Under the pieces are notes generated by a model. That model saw nothing but the letters and a program-made list of their open reading frames with translations. It ran no database searches and was not told the origin of the DNA. Shown one piece after another: positions 51,434 through 60,391 of a DNA stretch of 64,000 bases; the stretch's first letter is position 1; every line of letters starts with the position of its first letter. A program made the translations under genes and the position numbers. This DNA comes from Gammaproteobacteria bacterium (GTDB lineage Bacteria; Pseudomonadota; Gammaproteobacteria; JAURND01): positions 229,386-293,385 of the forward strand of contig DASZWJ010000019.1 of NCBI GenBank assembly GCA_035546635.1, in the 5' to 3' direction.

Positions 51434-52032
51434 TAAATTTTGCCCCAGATGATTTGGCTTGGGATAAAATGCAAGGTTTACTGCCAGCTATTGTGCAAGA
51501 TGTGCATTCAGGTTCAGTACTGATGTTAGGTTATATGAACCGTGCGGCTTTACAACGTACTTTGGATACAAAATGGGTGACATTTTTCAGTCGCTCTAAA
51601 AATGCCTTGTGGCTAAAAGGTGAAACCTCGGGCAACAAGTTGCAATTAGTCAGCATAACCACCGATTGCGATCAAGATACATTGCTGATACTGGCTAACC
51701 CCACTGGGCCAGTTTGTCATACTGGATCATTAAGCTGTTTTGGCGAACAGCAAACAGATTGGGAATTTCTTAAACAGCTAGAAGCAACTATTGCTGCGCG
51801 TCAGCAGCAACGCCCAGAAAACAGTTATACCGCTCAATTATTTGCCGCAGGTATAAAAAGAATGGCACAGAAAGTCGGGGAGGAGGGCGTAGAAGTGGCT
51901 ATTGCTGCATTGGCTGAAGAGGATAGCAAGTTCTGCGAAGAAGGCGCTGATTTATTATTCCATCTATTGGTTTTATTACGTGCGAGAAATTTAAATTTGG
52001 CTGCCGTTATTGCTGCTCTGCGGACTAGATAA
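51430..52032 (+). CDS. hisIE: bifunctional phosphoribosyl-AMP cyclohydrolase / phosphoribosyl-ATP pyrophosphatase
   Basis: 200 aa with a cyclohydrolase half (GLLPAIVQD..., CHTG) and a MazG-like half ([10 protein letters not shown]). The start overlaps the hisF stop. Confidence 0.9.
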   Translation: MINFAPDDLAWDKMQGLLPAIVQDVHSGSVLMLGYMNRAALQRTLDTKWVTFFSRSKNALWLKGETSGNKLQLVSITTDCDQDTLLILANPTGPVCHTGSLSCFGEQQTDWEFLKQLEATIAARQQQRPENSYTAQLFAAGIKRMAQKVGEEGVEVAIAALAEEDSKFCEEGADLLFHLLVLLRARNLNLAAVIAALRTR

Positions 52033-52131
52033 TTCTAGATCGGCATCTCTTGCTGACATAAATTGACTTTATCCCGCTTTGCCTGCAAAGTAAATGCCTA
52101 GTTTAGCTAACAAATTTCACAGGAGTTCTTT

Positions 52132-52503
52132 ATGAAACATGGTATTAAATTCATCGCTTTGGCAGATGATGCTAGAACGCGTATCTCTGAAACCAATGTA
52201 CAAGAAGTCAAAAAACTCCTAGATGAAAATGCCGCATTCTATCTAGTAGATGTGCGTGAAGAATCCGAATGGAATAATGGACATCTCCCCGGAGCTATTC
52301 ATTTAAGCAAAGGCATTATTGAACGGGATATAGAGGCACGCATCCCTGATGTAGAGGCTAAGATTGTCCTTTATTGCGGCGGTGGTTACCGTTCTGCATT
52401 AGCGGCTGATAACTTACAAAAGATGGGTTATAAAAACGTAATTTCTATGGATGGTGGTTTTAGAGGCTGGAAAGAAGCAGGGCTAGAACTAGAGATGGAC
52501 TAG
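52132..52503 (+). CDS. single-domain rhodanese sulfurtransferase
   Basis: 123 aa with DVREESEWNNGHLPGAIH and the active-site loop YCGGGYRS. Confidence 0.85.
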   Translation: MKHGIKFIALADDARTRISETNVQEVKKLLDENAAFYLVDVREESEWNNGHLPGAIHLSKGIIERDIEARIPDVEAKIVLYCGGGYRSALAADNLQKMGYKNVISMDGGFRGWKEAGLELEMD

Positions 52504-52520
52504 AAGGTATACGAAAGAGC

Positions 52521-52865
52521 TCAATTTGCCTCACTCTCTTTTCTACACCCAACAGTCGCCAGTGCATTTTCAACTTTATTAAGCATACGAGCTGTTACTG
52601 AACTCTGACGTTCCAATTTGCTGATATAAGCCTGGGATACCCCTAAACAATTTGCTAAATGTTCCTGAGTAATCCCAGCTTTGATACGTGCTAGAGCTAC
52701 TGGGTTATTGGAATAATCTTCCGATTCAAAACATACATATCCATTTTGATTCTTTAATTGTTGCAGTTGTGCATTAATTTCCGCTCGCAAAGTATAGTAA
52801 ATACTCACAGGTAGTAGGGCATATTCATCTTTGCCAGACATTGATTTAATAATTTGTAAATCCAT
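52521..52865 (-). CDS. XRE-family helix-turn-helix protein (antitoxin-like; no partner gene seen)
   Basis: The HTH block is ITQEHLANCLGVSQAYISKLERQ. The 114-aa protein has an extra N-terminal segment of about 60 aa. Confidence 0.7.
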   Translation of the reverse strand: MDLQIIKSMSGKDEYALLPVSIYYTLRAEINAQLQQLKNQNGYVCFESEDYSNNPVALARIKAGITQEHLANCLGVSQAYISKLERQSSVTARMLNKVENALATVGCRKESEAN

Positions 52866-53078
52866 TTTATTTCCCCATAAATTTAATCTTTACTAAAGAT
52901 ACTCCATAACCGCTACAAGGCTACCATTGACCTACCCATAAACAATGGTAAGATTCTCTTAGTATACATGGATGATTATAGGTTATATTTAGTTATAATA
53001 CCAATCGTCTGCATCTATTAGATGTATTTTTTAGGATATTTTGACGGGCAACTGCCCATCTCCATAAGGAATATAACC

Positions 53079-54251
53079 ATGACCACCTTAACCGGATTAG
53101 ATCTGTTTGAACGAGAATGGCCTTCGAGCTTTAACGCGGCAAGAGTAGGCCTATTGGTACATCCTTCTTCCGTAAATAAAAATCTTACCTATGCTGTAGA
53201 CCTATTTTTGCAATCTAAAAAATTTAAAGTGACTGCATTATTTGGCCCCCAACATGGTATACGCGGTGAAACACAAGATAATATGATTGAATGGGAAGGC
53301 TTCCAAGATCAAAAAACTGCATTGCCGGTATTTAGCTTATACGGAAAAGCTCGCAAACCTACCCCGGAAATGTTAAAAAATGTCGATGTTTTGGTAATTG
53401 ATCTTCAAGATGTAGGGGCTCGCTACTACACTTTTATCTGGACTATGGCGCTTTGTATGGAAGCCTGCGCTGAACTTAACAAGTCCATACTCATTTTAGA
53501 CCGACCTAATCCCATCAATGGGCGTGATATTGAAGGGCAGATTTTAGATCCGCATTACAGCTCTTTCGTGGGGCTGCGTCCACTGCCGATACGCCATGGG
53601 ATGACAGTAGGGGAAATAGCAAGCTACTTAAAAGAAACCTTTTATCCCAAACTAGATTTAAAGGTAATCCCTATGCAGGGTTGGAAGCGTGATATGGCAT
53701 TTGATGAGACAAAATTGCCCTGGGTCATGCCATCACCTAATATGCCGACACTGGATACGGCTTTTGTTTATCCAGGTATGTGTCTATTTGAAGGCACACA
53801 GCTAAGTGAAGCGCGTGGCACCACGCGACCATTTGAGATTTTCGGTGCCCCCTTCATCGACCCGGATAAATTAGTAAAGCAGCTAGATGCCTTTAAATTA
53901 CCCGGTGTGAAATTTAGACCAAGCTATTTTTTACCTACATTCCAAAAACATGCAAATACTGTGTGTGCCGGTGCACAAATTTATGTCACAGATAGAGCTC
54001 AGTATAAATCCGTACAAACAGCGATAGTGATATTAAAAGTGATTCACGACTTGTATCCTTCCCAGTTTGCTTGGAAAAATCCACCTTATGAATATGAGGA
54101 GGAAAAAATGCCCATTGATATACTCGCCGGGAATGATGAATTAAGAACGACTATAGAACAAGGAAAGGACATTTCACAGCTGGAAACCAGCTGGCAAAAT
54201 GAATGCGAGAATTTTAATAACCAGGTCAGGAAGAAATTTTTAATCTATTAA
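53079..54251 (+). CDS. namZ: DUF1343 family protein, NamZ-like exo-beta-N-acetylmuramidase
   Basis: I trimmed ORF 53022.. to ATG 53079. It has LFGPQHGIRGE, DLQDVGARYYTFIWTM and LDRPNPING blocks, as I recall for DUF1343/YbbC(NamZ). The family assignment is from memory. Confidence 0.7.
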   Translation: MTTLTGLDLFEREWPSSFNAARVGLLVHPSSVNKNLTYAVDLFLQSKKFKVTALFGPQHGIRGETQDNMIEWEGFQDQKTALPVFSLYGKARKPTPEMLKNVDVLVIDLQDVGARYYTFIWTMALCMEACAELNKSILILDRPNPINGRDIEGQILDPHYSSFVGLRPLPIRHGMTVGEIASYLKETFYPKLDLKVIPMQGWKRDMAFDETKLPWVMPSPNMPTLDTAFVYPGMCLFEGTQLSEARGTTRPFEIFGAPFIDPDKLVKQLDAFKLPGVKFRPSYFLPTFQKHANTVCAGAQIYVTDRAQYKSVQTAIVILKVIHDLYPSQFAWKNPPYEYEEEKMPIDILAGNDELRTTIEQGKDISQLETSWQNECENFNNQVRKKFLIY

Positions 54252-54265
54252 GATGTGTTGTATCT

Positions 54266-55201
54266 ATGAATATATTTATACCTGCTGCGGGATTTGGTTC
54301 GCGCTTATCCCCCATTACCTCCCGTATACCTAAACCTTTACTGCCTATTGTTGGCAAACCCTTGCTAGGATTATCGCTGGAAAAACTCAACCGCCTTAAA
54401 CCTAATCAAATAGGTATAAATCTTCACTATCTGCGCGAAGCCTTAACCCAATGGGTTGCGCATTCGCCGTTGCGCAATAAAATACAGCTATTTCCAGAAG
54501 AAACGATTTTAGGTTCTGGTGGCGCACTGAACAATGCCTATTCTTTATTGTGCCAAGATCACTTTCTGGTTTATAACAGTGATGTGCTATGTGATCTAGA
54601 TTTAGAATGGTTAATGCAACAACATTTGAATTCTGAAAACCTAGTCACACTCACCACCTGTCAGCACCCTAAATTTCCTCATGTTAAAGCGAATGTTGCT
54701 ATTAATTCTGAAGGTTTTTTTCAAGGCGTTGACAAAAAGCTTATTCCTTACGCTAAAGTAGCACAATACGTGGCTTATACCAGTATCGCGATGTATTCCC
54801 CTGAGTTTTTACAATTTTTACCTGCAGGAAAATCCAGTGTGCTAGATGCCTGGTTGACAGTAGCCGCCAAAGGTTATCGCATCGGCACCGTAGATATCAG
54901 CGCTTATGACTGGAATGATATAGGCACTCCTGCCGCCTATTTCTCAGCTGCTATGACTAATTTAAAAAGTACTGGTAAATCGGTTTATATCCATCCTTCT
55001 GCCAATGTCAATCGCACTGCGGTCATAGAAGGAGAGGTGATTATTGAAAGATATGCGGTAGTCGAGTCGGGGGTCAGTATTAAAAACTGCTTACTGCTAC
55101 CTGGTGCTGAGTTAATAAAAAACCGGCGCTATGAAAATAGTATCATAGGGCCCGGTTATGAGCTGCCAATGCTGTCATCCTTCGCTTGCGCTCAGGACTA
55201 A
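54266..55201 (+). CDS. sugar-1-phosphate nucleotidyltransferase with a C-terminal left-handed beta-helix
   Basis: It has the N-terminal NTP-transferase signature IPAAGFGSRLSPITSRIPKPLLPIVGKPLL and hexapeptide-like repeats near the C-terminus. It starts 14 bp after namZ. The last codons (FACAQD-stop) lie in a family B half-repeat. Confidence 0.75.
   Translation: MNIFIPAAGFGSRLSPITSRIPKPLLPIVGKPLLGLSLEKLNRLKPNQIGINLHYLREALTQWVAHSPLRNKIQLFPEETILGSGGALNNAYSLLCQDHFLVYNSDVLCDLDLEWLMQQHLNSENLVTLTTCQHPKFPHVKANVAINSEGFFQGVDKKLIPYAKVAQYVAYTSIAMYSPEFLQFLPAGKSSVLDAWLTVAAKGYRIGTVDISAYDWNDIGTPAAYFSAAMTNLKSTGKSVYIHPSANVNRTAVIEGEVIIERYAVVESGVSIKNCLLLPGAELIKNRRYENSIIGPGYELPMLSSFACAQD
55176..55199. repeat. 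family B right half-copy at the convergent gene ends
   Basis: atccttcgcttgcgctcaggact matches the right arm atccttcgctatcgctcaggatgac of copy b. Confidence 0.6.
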
Positions 55202-56775
55202 GAAACCAACGGTCGATTAAGATAGCGCGAAAATTTAGAGAAGCGCACTAAAAATTTATTATACAGAAAAATATTTATTAATTTTTGCTGCAAAGTATTT
55301 TTTCTTGATTCTTGACTTAGCTTCTTAATAACTACTTTTTCAAAATATTTAAGCTTCATTTCCCTTTTTGCTATCAATCCTTCAATTTCATTTAACCAAG
55401 GTCTTAAAGAATTATTCAGTTCAGCTGAAATGATTTTCTGCTCACCCTCGTGAAATAGCTTTAAAAACAGGCTAAAACTCCATTGTTGCGGGTGTGTTGA
55501 TAATATTCCCTGAATTAAATTTAAATAAATATCAGGATAATTTTCTGCCTTTAAGAACATAGGGCTCAAATTCCTGATCGTGACTATTTTTCTGTGAGTT
55601 ACTTCATAGATAAATACTAAAAATGCTAGAAAAATATTTTTAGGCACCATCACATTACGTGCTGCATCTTCAATAGCGCCAAAATCAATGAGCCGTACCG
55701 AACCCTGGGTAGAAATCAGCACATTCCAAACGCGTAAATCATTATGATAAAGACCATGCGCTTCCAAGGCGGCCAATTGTTCCAGAATGTCACCAATAAT
55801 CACATTAGGGTCATAATCCAGTCCCTTGATTATCATGGTGCTTAATAAAATCCCAGGTATTTTTTCACGCAACACCCAACCGCTGTCTTCATGCATTTCA
55901 AAACCCAACAAGCGCGGCAATACATGAGTCACCGAAAATCCACTTTGCAAAAATTTTATTTCACCTACAAGTTCTTCACGGTTGCTCTCTGCTTCATCAC
56001 CTGAGAGTTGAAAATTTTTAAGCATCGTATTAGTGGTAAAATAATAACGTCGTGAGTCTTTATGTGCATCATTCGTAAATTCATGTGAAGTATTAGTCCA
56101 TGAATCAAAATGCGTTAGCTCTTCATTAATATACCAATAATGATTGCTGCAAAAATAGATAGGACGCTGAATTTTTGACAGGTGGGTATGATGGTGTGAT
56201 ATTTGCTGAAAATAAGCAAATTGATCCAATAATTCATAGGGCTGGTCCGGTAGGGAAGTAGCCCATTTTTCAGGCTCTTCTCTAAGAGCGGTTTCGATAA
56301 GACAGGCTGCCGTTCTTTGTGCTAAAAGGCCAATGAAATTTCGAGTAGTCTCAAATCCGATGTGATGACACAGATGATGAAAAACGCTAAGTCCTATGAT
56401 TAAATCAAACTCTTTAATGGGCAAAGCGTCAATTCCGGCTACACAGTCAGCAACTACAAAAGTCGCAGGCAAGGACAAGACTTTAGATAACTCTGTGCAA
56501 AGCTCCACATTTTGCGGAACTATATCAATACCATATACCTCATCACCAACAGCTGCCAGGTTAAAACAGAAGAAACCCTGAGCGCATCCTATATCTAAAA
56601 TCCGCAATGGACGCTGCAACTCAGAACGCAATTTATCAGCAACACTCTGTACGATCCACCATCTATCATAACAGCTGCGCGATGAATTCCCATCAAATTC
56701 ATTAAAACCATAAATTGGTTGATAGATTTCTGGCAAATTACCAATTAGATATTTTATCTGTGAGTTCGATTCCAT
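55198..56775 (-). CDS. WbdD-like bifunctional protein: class I SAM methyltransferase domain plus eukaryotic-like kinase domain (paralogue 2)
   Basis: The MTase motifs are ILDIGCAQG, GID and DLIIGLSVFHHL. The kinase catalytic loop is HGLYHNDLRVWNVLI, followed by LIDFG (DFG). The C-terminal helical segment precedes the amphipathic/basic tail LINIFLYNKFLVRFSKFSRYL. The stop overlaps the stop of the convergent nucleotidyltransferase gene. Confidence 0.65.
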   Translation of the reverse strand: MESNSQIKYLIGNLPEIYQPIYGFNEFDGNSSRSCYDRWWIVQSVADKLRSELQRPLRILDIGCAQGFFCFNLAAVGDEVYGIDIVPQNVELCTELSKVLSLPATFVVADCVAGIDALPIKEFDLIIGLSVFHHLCHHIGFETTRNFIGLLAQRTAACLIETALREEPEKWATSLPDQPYELLDQFAYFQQISHHHTHLSKIQRPIYFCSNHYWYINEELTHFDSWTNTSHEFTNDAHKDSRRYYFTTNTMLKNFQLSGDEAESNREELVGEIKFLQSGFSVTHVLPRLLGFEMHEDSGWVLREKIPGILLSTMIIKGLDYDPNVIIGDILEQLAALEAHGLYHNDLRVWNVLISTQGSVRLIDFGAIEDAARNVMVPKNIFLAFLVFIYEVTHRKIVTIRNLSPMFLKAENYPDIYLNLIQGILSTHPQQWSFSLFLKLFHEGEQKIISAELNNSLRPWLNEIEGLIAKREMKLKYFEKVVIKKLSQESRKNTLQQKLINIFLYNKFLVRFSKFSRYLNRPLVS

Positions 56776-57124
56776 GGATTTTGCTCCTAAAATGTAACAG
56801 TCATATGAAAGAGGAAAGCAAGTTTCCCCTGAAACAGTGAGGAAGTTTTTACAAATCTTCTTGGATTGCCATGCTCTTAAAAAGAAGATGAACCATCCCT
56901 TTAGATTACAATGGTTTATTGTATGATATAAGTTTTCTTTAAGGAAATTAAAATTACAGTTTTTAGCTATCTTTAAATTTTTAATCGGTATGTAATCCTA
57001 TGACTTATTAAAATGTCACAATATTTTCAAATTTAATGTAACTTTAATTAGGAGTTGCAATGCTTTCTTTTCGTGTTCATCCTAGTAAAAGCAAAGGATA
57101 ACCCTATGAAAGTGCCATTGAGCA

Positions 57125-57153
57125 TTGCTAAAATCCACATACCGCTGTATAAT
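57125..57153 (+). promoter_or_regulatory. putative sigma70 promoter for the ABC exporter gene
   Basis: TTGCTA (57125-57130), a 17-nt spacer, then TATAAT (57148-57153), about 130 nt upstream of ATG 57285. Confidence 0.4.
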
Positions 57154-57284
57154 AAAAACTCATTTTTAACCCTCTCTAGGACGATTCAAATGATATTGCT
57201 TGGTTAAATCGCTCTCAGTAAGACCGGTCAATTCATTGCTATTTGGCTGGAATTTTATACATCGATTTTTTACCAGGTCATATT

Positions 57285-59048
57285 ATGAATCTGCCTACAT
57301 CAAATTTTGCCTTTATTTTTTACTTCGTCCGTCAACAATGGTTGCGGTTTCTAGCCTTATTCGCCATATCAATGGTTTGGGCGGTTAACGATGCGATGTT
57401 GCCTTATTTCTTGAAACGGATAGTCAATACTCTGCACGACTACACCGGCCCTCCACAAGGTGTCTATTTGGCAGTCAAGGGCATATTAATTATCTTACTG
57501 ATATTCTGGATCGTGACAGAAATATTAAATCGCATTCAAGGTATTAACCAAATTTATACTTTCCCACGTTTTCGCGCTAACATTCGCGCCTCGGTATTTA
57601 ATTACGTAAAATCACATTCTCATGAATATTTTTCCAACCAATTTGCCGGAAATCTCGCCAAAAAGCTGGCTGACTTACCGCACAGCTGTCAAAACATTAT
57701 GGAGATTATTTCCTTTCAATTTATTACAGCAACTGTAGGCATCAGCATGGTGTTGACCATGATGTGGCTTACCAAACCACTGTTTGCTGTGATTCTATTA
57801 ATTTGGCTCAGTTTTCATTTGGGATTAACCATCCTTATTTTACGTCGCGCTAACGTACTATATGAAACCCATGCTGAATCCGTTTCCGTATTAAGCGGAA
57901 AAATTGTCGACATATTTACGAATATTTTAAATGTGCGTCTATTCGCGCGTAGTCGATATGAATCCGAATATTTGCAACAATTCCAACAAGATGAAATCAC
58001 TAAAGCCAGAAAAGCCATGTGGCTAATTGAGTTAATGCGTATGGGTCTTGGAATAAATGGATTATTCCTCATATTCGGTATGATTTTTACTTTACTCTAC
58101 GGCTGGGCGCACGGTTGGGTAACGCTGGGCGATTTTACTCAAGTGAGTATGCAGTCATTCTGGTTATTAGGTTTGATTTGGTTCGTCAGTTTTCAAATGA
58201 CTGTGTTTGTGCGGGAGACCGGCACCATTAGCGATGCATTGAGTTTAATTAAAAAAAGCCACGATCTATCGGACACTGAAAATGCCCATCCTATTGCCAT
58301 TCCTTGCGGTCAAATCATTTTTAATCAGGTCACTTTTGGTTACAAAAGAAATCGTCCGATATTTCAAAATTTGAATCTTGTCATTCAACCTGGAGAGAAA
58401 ATTGGTTTAGTTGGATTTTCCGGCTCAGGAAAGTCTACTCTGGTGAATCTCATCTTGCGTTTCTACGACTTACAATCTGGTCAGATTTTAATTGATGGTC
58501 AAGATATCGCTAAAGTCAGTCAAGAATCTTTACGCGCTCAAATCGCCATGATTCCACAAGATCCCGCATTGTTTCATCGCAGCTTAATGGAAAATATCCG
58601 CTACGGCCGTTTGGATGCAACAGACGAAGAAGTCTTTAAAGCCTCAGAGCTGGCACACTGCCATGAGTTCATTGAAAAATTGGATTGTGACTATGAGTCT
58701 CTAGTCGGAGAACGCGGCATTAAATTATCCGGTGGTCAACGACAACGCATTGCCATCGCTCGCGCCATCTTAAAAAATGCGCCGATTCTAATTTTAGACG
58801 AGGCAACTTCTTCACTGGATTCAGTTACAGAAAAGCTGATTCAAGAAAGCCTGGAGCATTTAATGCAGGGTAGAACTACGATTGTAATTGCACACCGTTT
58901 ATCTACATTAGCTGATATGGATAGAATTTTAGTCTTTCATAAAGGAGAAATCGTCGAACAGGGTACAATTGCAAACTTACTGAATGTAAATGGCCACTTT
59001 GCGAAATTATGGCATATGCAATCCGAAGGATTTTTGCCAGAGAGTTGA
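57285..59048 (+). CDS. ABC exporter, fused permease/ATPase (MsbA-like, type I exporter)
   Basis: I trimmed ORF 57243.. to ATG 57285. A six-TM domain is followed by Walker A GFSGSGKST, signature LSGGQRQRIAIARAIL and Walker B ILILDEATS. Confidence 0.88.
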   Translation: MNLPTSNFAFIFYFVRQQWLRFLALFAISMVWAVNDAMLPYFLKRIVNTLHDYTGPPQGVYLAVKGILIILLIFWIVTEILNRIQGINQIYTFPRFRANIRASVFNYVKSHSHEYFSNQFAGNLAKKLADLPHSCQNIMEIISFQFITATVGISMVLTMMWLTKPLFAVILLIWLSFHLGLTILILRRANVLYETHAESVSVLSGKIVDIFTNILNVRLFARSRYESEYLQQFQQDEITKARKAMWLIELMRMGLGINGLFLIFGMIFTLLYGWAHGWVTLGDFTQVSMQSFWLLGLIWFVSFQMTVFVRETGTISDALSLIKKSHDLSDTENAHPIAIPCGQIIFNQVTFGYKRNRPIFQNLNLVIQPGEKIGLVGFSGSGKSTLVNLILRFYDLQSGQILIDGQDIAKVSQESLRAQIAMIPQDPALFHRSLMENIRYGRLDATDEEVFKASELAHCHEFIEKLDCDYESLVGERGIKLSGGQRQRIAIARAILKNAPILILDEATSSLDSVTEKLIQESLEHLMQGRTTIVIAHRLSTLADMDRILVFHKGEIVEQGTIANLLNVNGHFAKLWHMQSEGFLPES

Positions 59049-59090
59049 GCATCACATTCTCTCCTTTCTTATCGAGAAGGATATCGACAA

Positions 59091-60320
59091 TCATAAAGAA
59101 CGCTGCTGCTGTTTAACCCAAATCGAAAAACACACCAACGCGCTTATGCTAGAACATCCTGAAATATAAACCACAATTTCTTGATGCACCGCCATCAACC
59201 CACCCATTATCGGTGGCCCAATTAATATAGACAACGACAATAAAGATTGCGCCACACCAATGACTTTCCCTTGAATATTTTTAGCCACCACACCACCAAA
59301 AATAGAATTATAATGCGCCCATACCAATACACAGGTAAAACCTACCAAAGCATAAGGAATAAATAATCCACCCGGATGCCTTGGCAGCAAAAATAAAAAG
59401 AAAGCTATACAAAGAATGCTCAAGCACAATAATACAATTTGATTAGAACTATAATGTTCACTCAGTTTACGATTAATCACTAAAGAACTCAGTGCCGAAC
59501 ACAAAGACCCCATAGCAAATAAAACTCCTAACCAAGCACTACTTACCTGAAACTTTCGCACCGCAAAAATGGGTAATCCCGCAAAAATAGTTTCTGTACT
59601 TAGCACAAATAAAAAATAAGAAAGCAATAGTAATGGCAGAGGTTGAATAGTAAAGCACTCAAAAATATTCTTAAATCCGGTAAAAAGATTAAATGGACGC
59701 CTTTCATAATGCCCCCTATCCTGATAGCCACGTATCAGCATAAAAATATTCACTGCAAAAGCAATACTCATAAATAAAAATGGCGTTGCTTTACTCGGCC
59801 ATGGTAATCCATGTATTGCTGACAAGCCAGCGCCTACCACAGGACCTAGCACAGCGCCAATAGAACAGGCACCGGCCAGATACCCTAATTGCAAACCACG
59901 TTGCTTTTCATCTCGATTACTATGCGTCACTGCAGCAAAAATCACAGAACCATTCCCTGAGGCAAATCCAGTTCCAAAACGGCACAAAAACAATAGCACT
60001 AAATTATTCATAAAAAGGCTAAGCACGCCCAAAATATTAGCACCCACCAGACAAGCGACACCCCAAATAATTACTTTCTTGCGCCCCAGCTGGTCTGATA
60101 ATTCTCCTAAAACCGGCCCACCCCATAGCTGCCCAAAACCATAACTGGCAATCAATAACCCAATTAAGGTCGTGCGCAAGCCAATGGGTGCTTGAGTAGG
60201 CAGCATAGGACTGTGAGGATCAAGTAATAGGGGAGCAAAGATAGGAATCACCATGAACAACCCGATAAAATCAAGTAATAGCGTCACGGTCATTGCGGGT
60301 AATGCTGAATTTTTTGACAT
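59091..60320 (-). CDS. MFS transporter
   Basis: It has 12 predicted TM helices and motif A (GELSDQLGRKKVI). I prefer the start at ATG 60320 (MSKNSALPAM). Confidence 0.8.
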   Translation of the reverse strand: MSKNSALPAMTVTLLLDFIGLFMVIPIFAPLLLDPHSPMLPTQAPIGLRTTLIGLLIASYGFGQLWGGPVLGELSDQLGRKKVIIWGVACLVGANILGVLSLFMNNLVLLFLCRFGTGFASGNGSVIFAAVTHSNRDEKQRGLQLGYLAGACSIGAVLGPVVGAGLSAIHGLPWPSKATPFLFMSIAFAVNIFMLIRGYQDRGHYERRPFNLFTGFKNIFECFTIQPLPLLLLSYFLFVLSTETIFAGLPIFAVRKFQVSSAWLGVLFAMGSLCSALSSLVINRKLSEHYSSNQIVLLCLSILCIAFFLFLLPRHPGGLFIPYALVGFTCVLVWAHYNSIFGGVVAKNIQGKVIGVAQSLLSLSILIGPPIMGGLMAVHQEIVVYISGCSSISALVCFSIWVKQQQRSL

Positions 60321-60391
60321 GACTATTTCCCTGTCACAACCTTTCCATAGGAAGCGCAATGGCTCCCCCCCTTTTCAAAGGGGGAGGGTAG

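Noticed and set aside
57106-57207. A 33-codon ORF (MKVPLSIAKIHIPLYNK...) upstream of the ABC exporter.
   Set aside because: A near-consensus sigma70 promoter (57125-57153) lies inside it. Transcripts from that promoter would lack its start codon.
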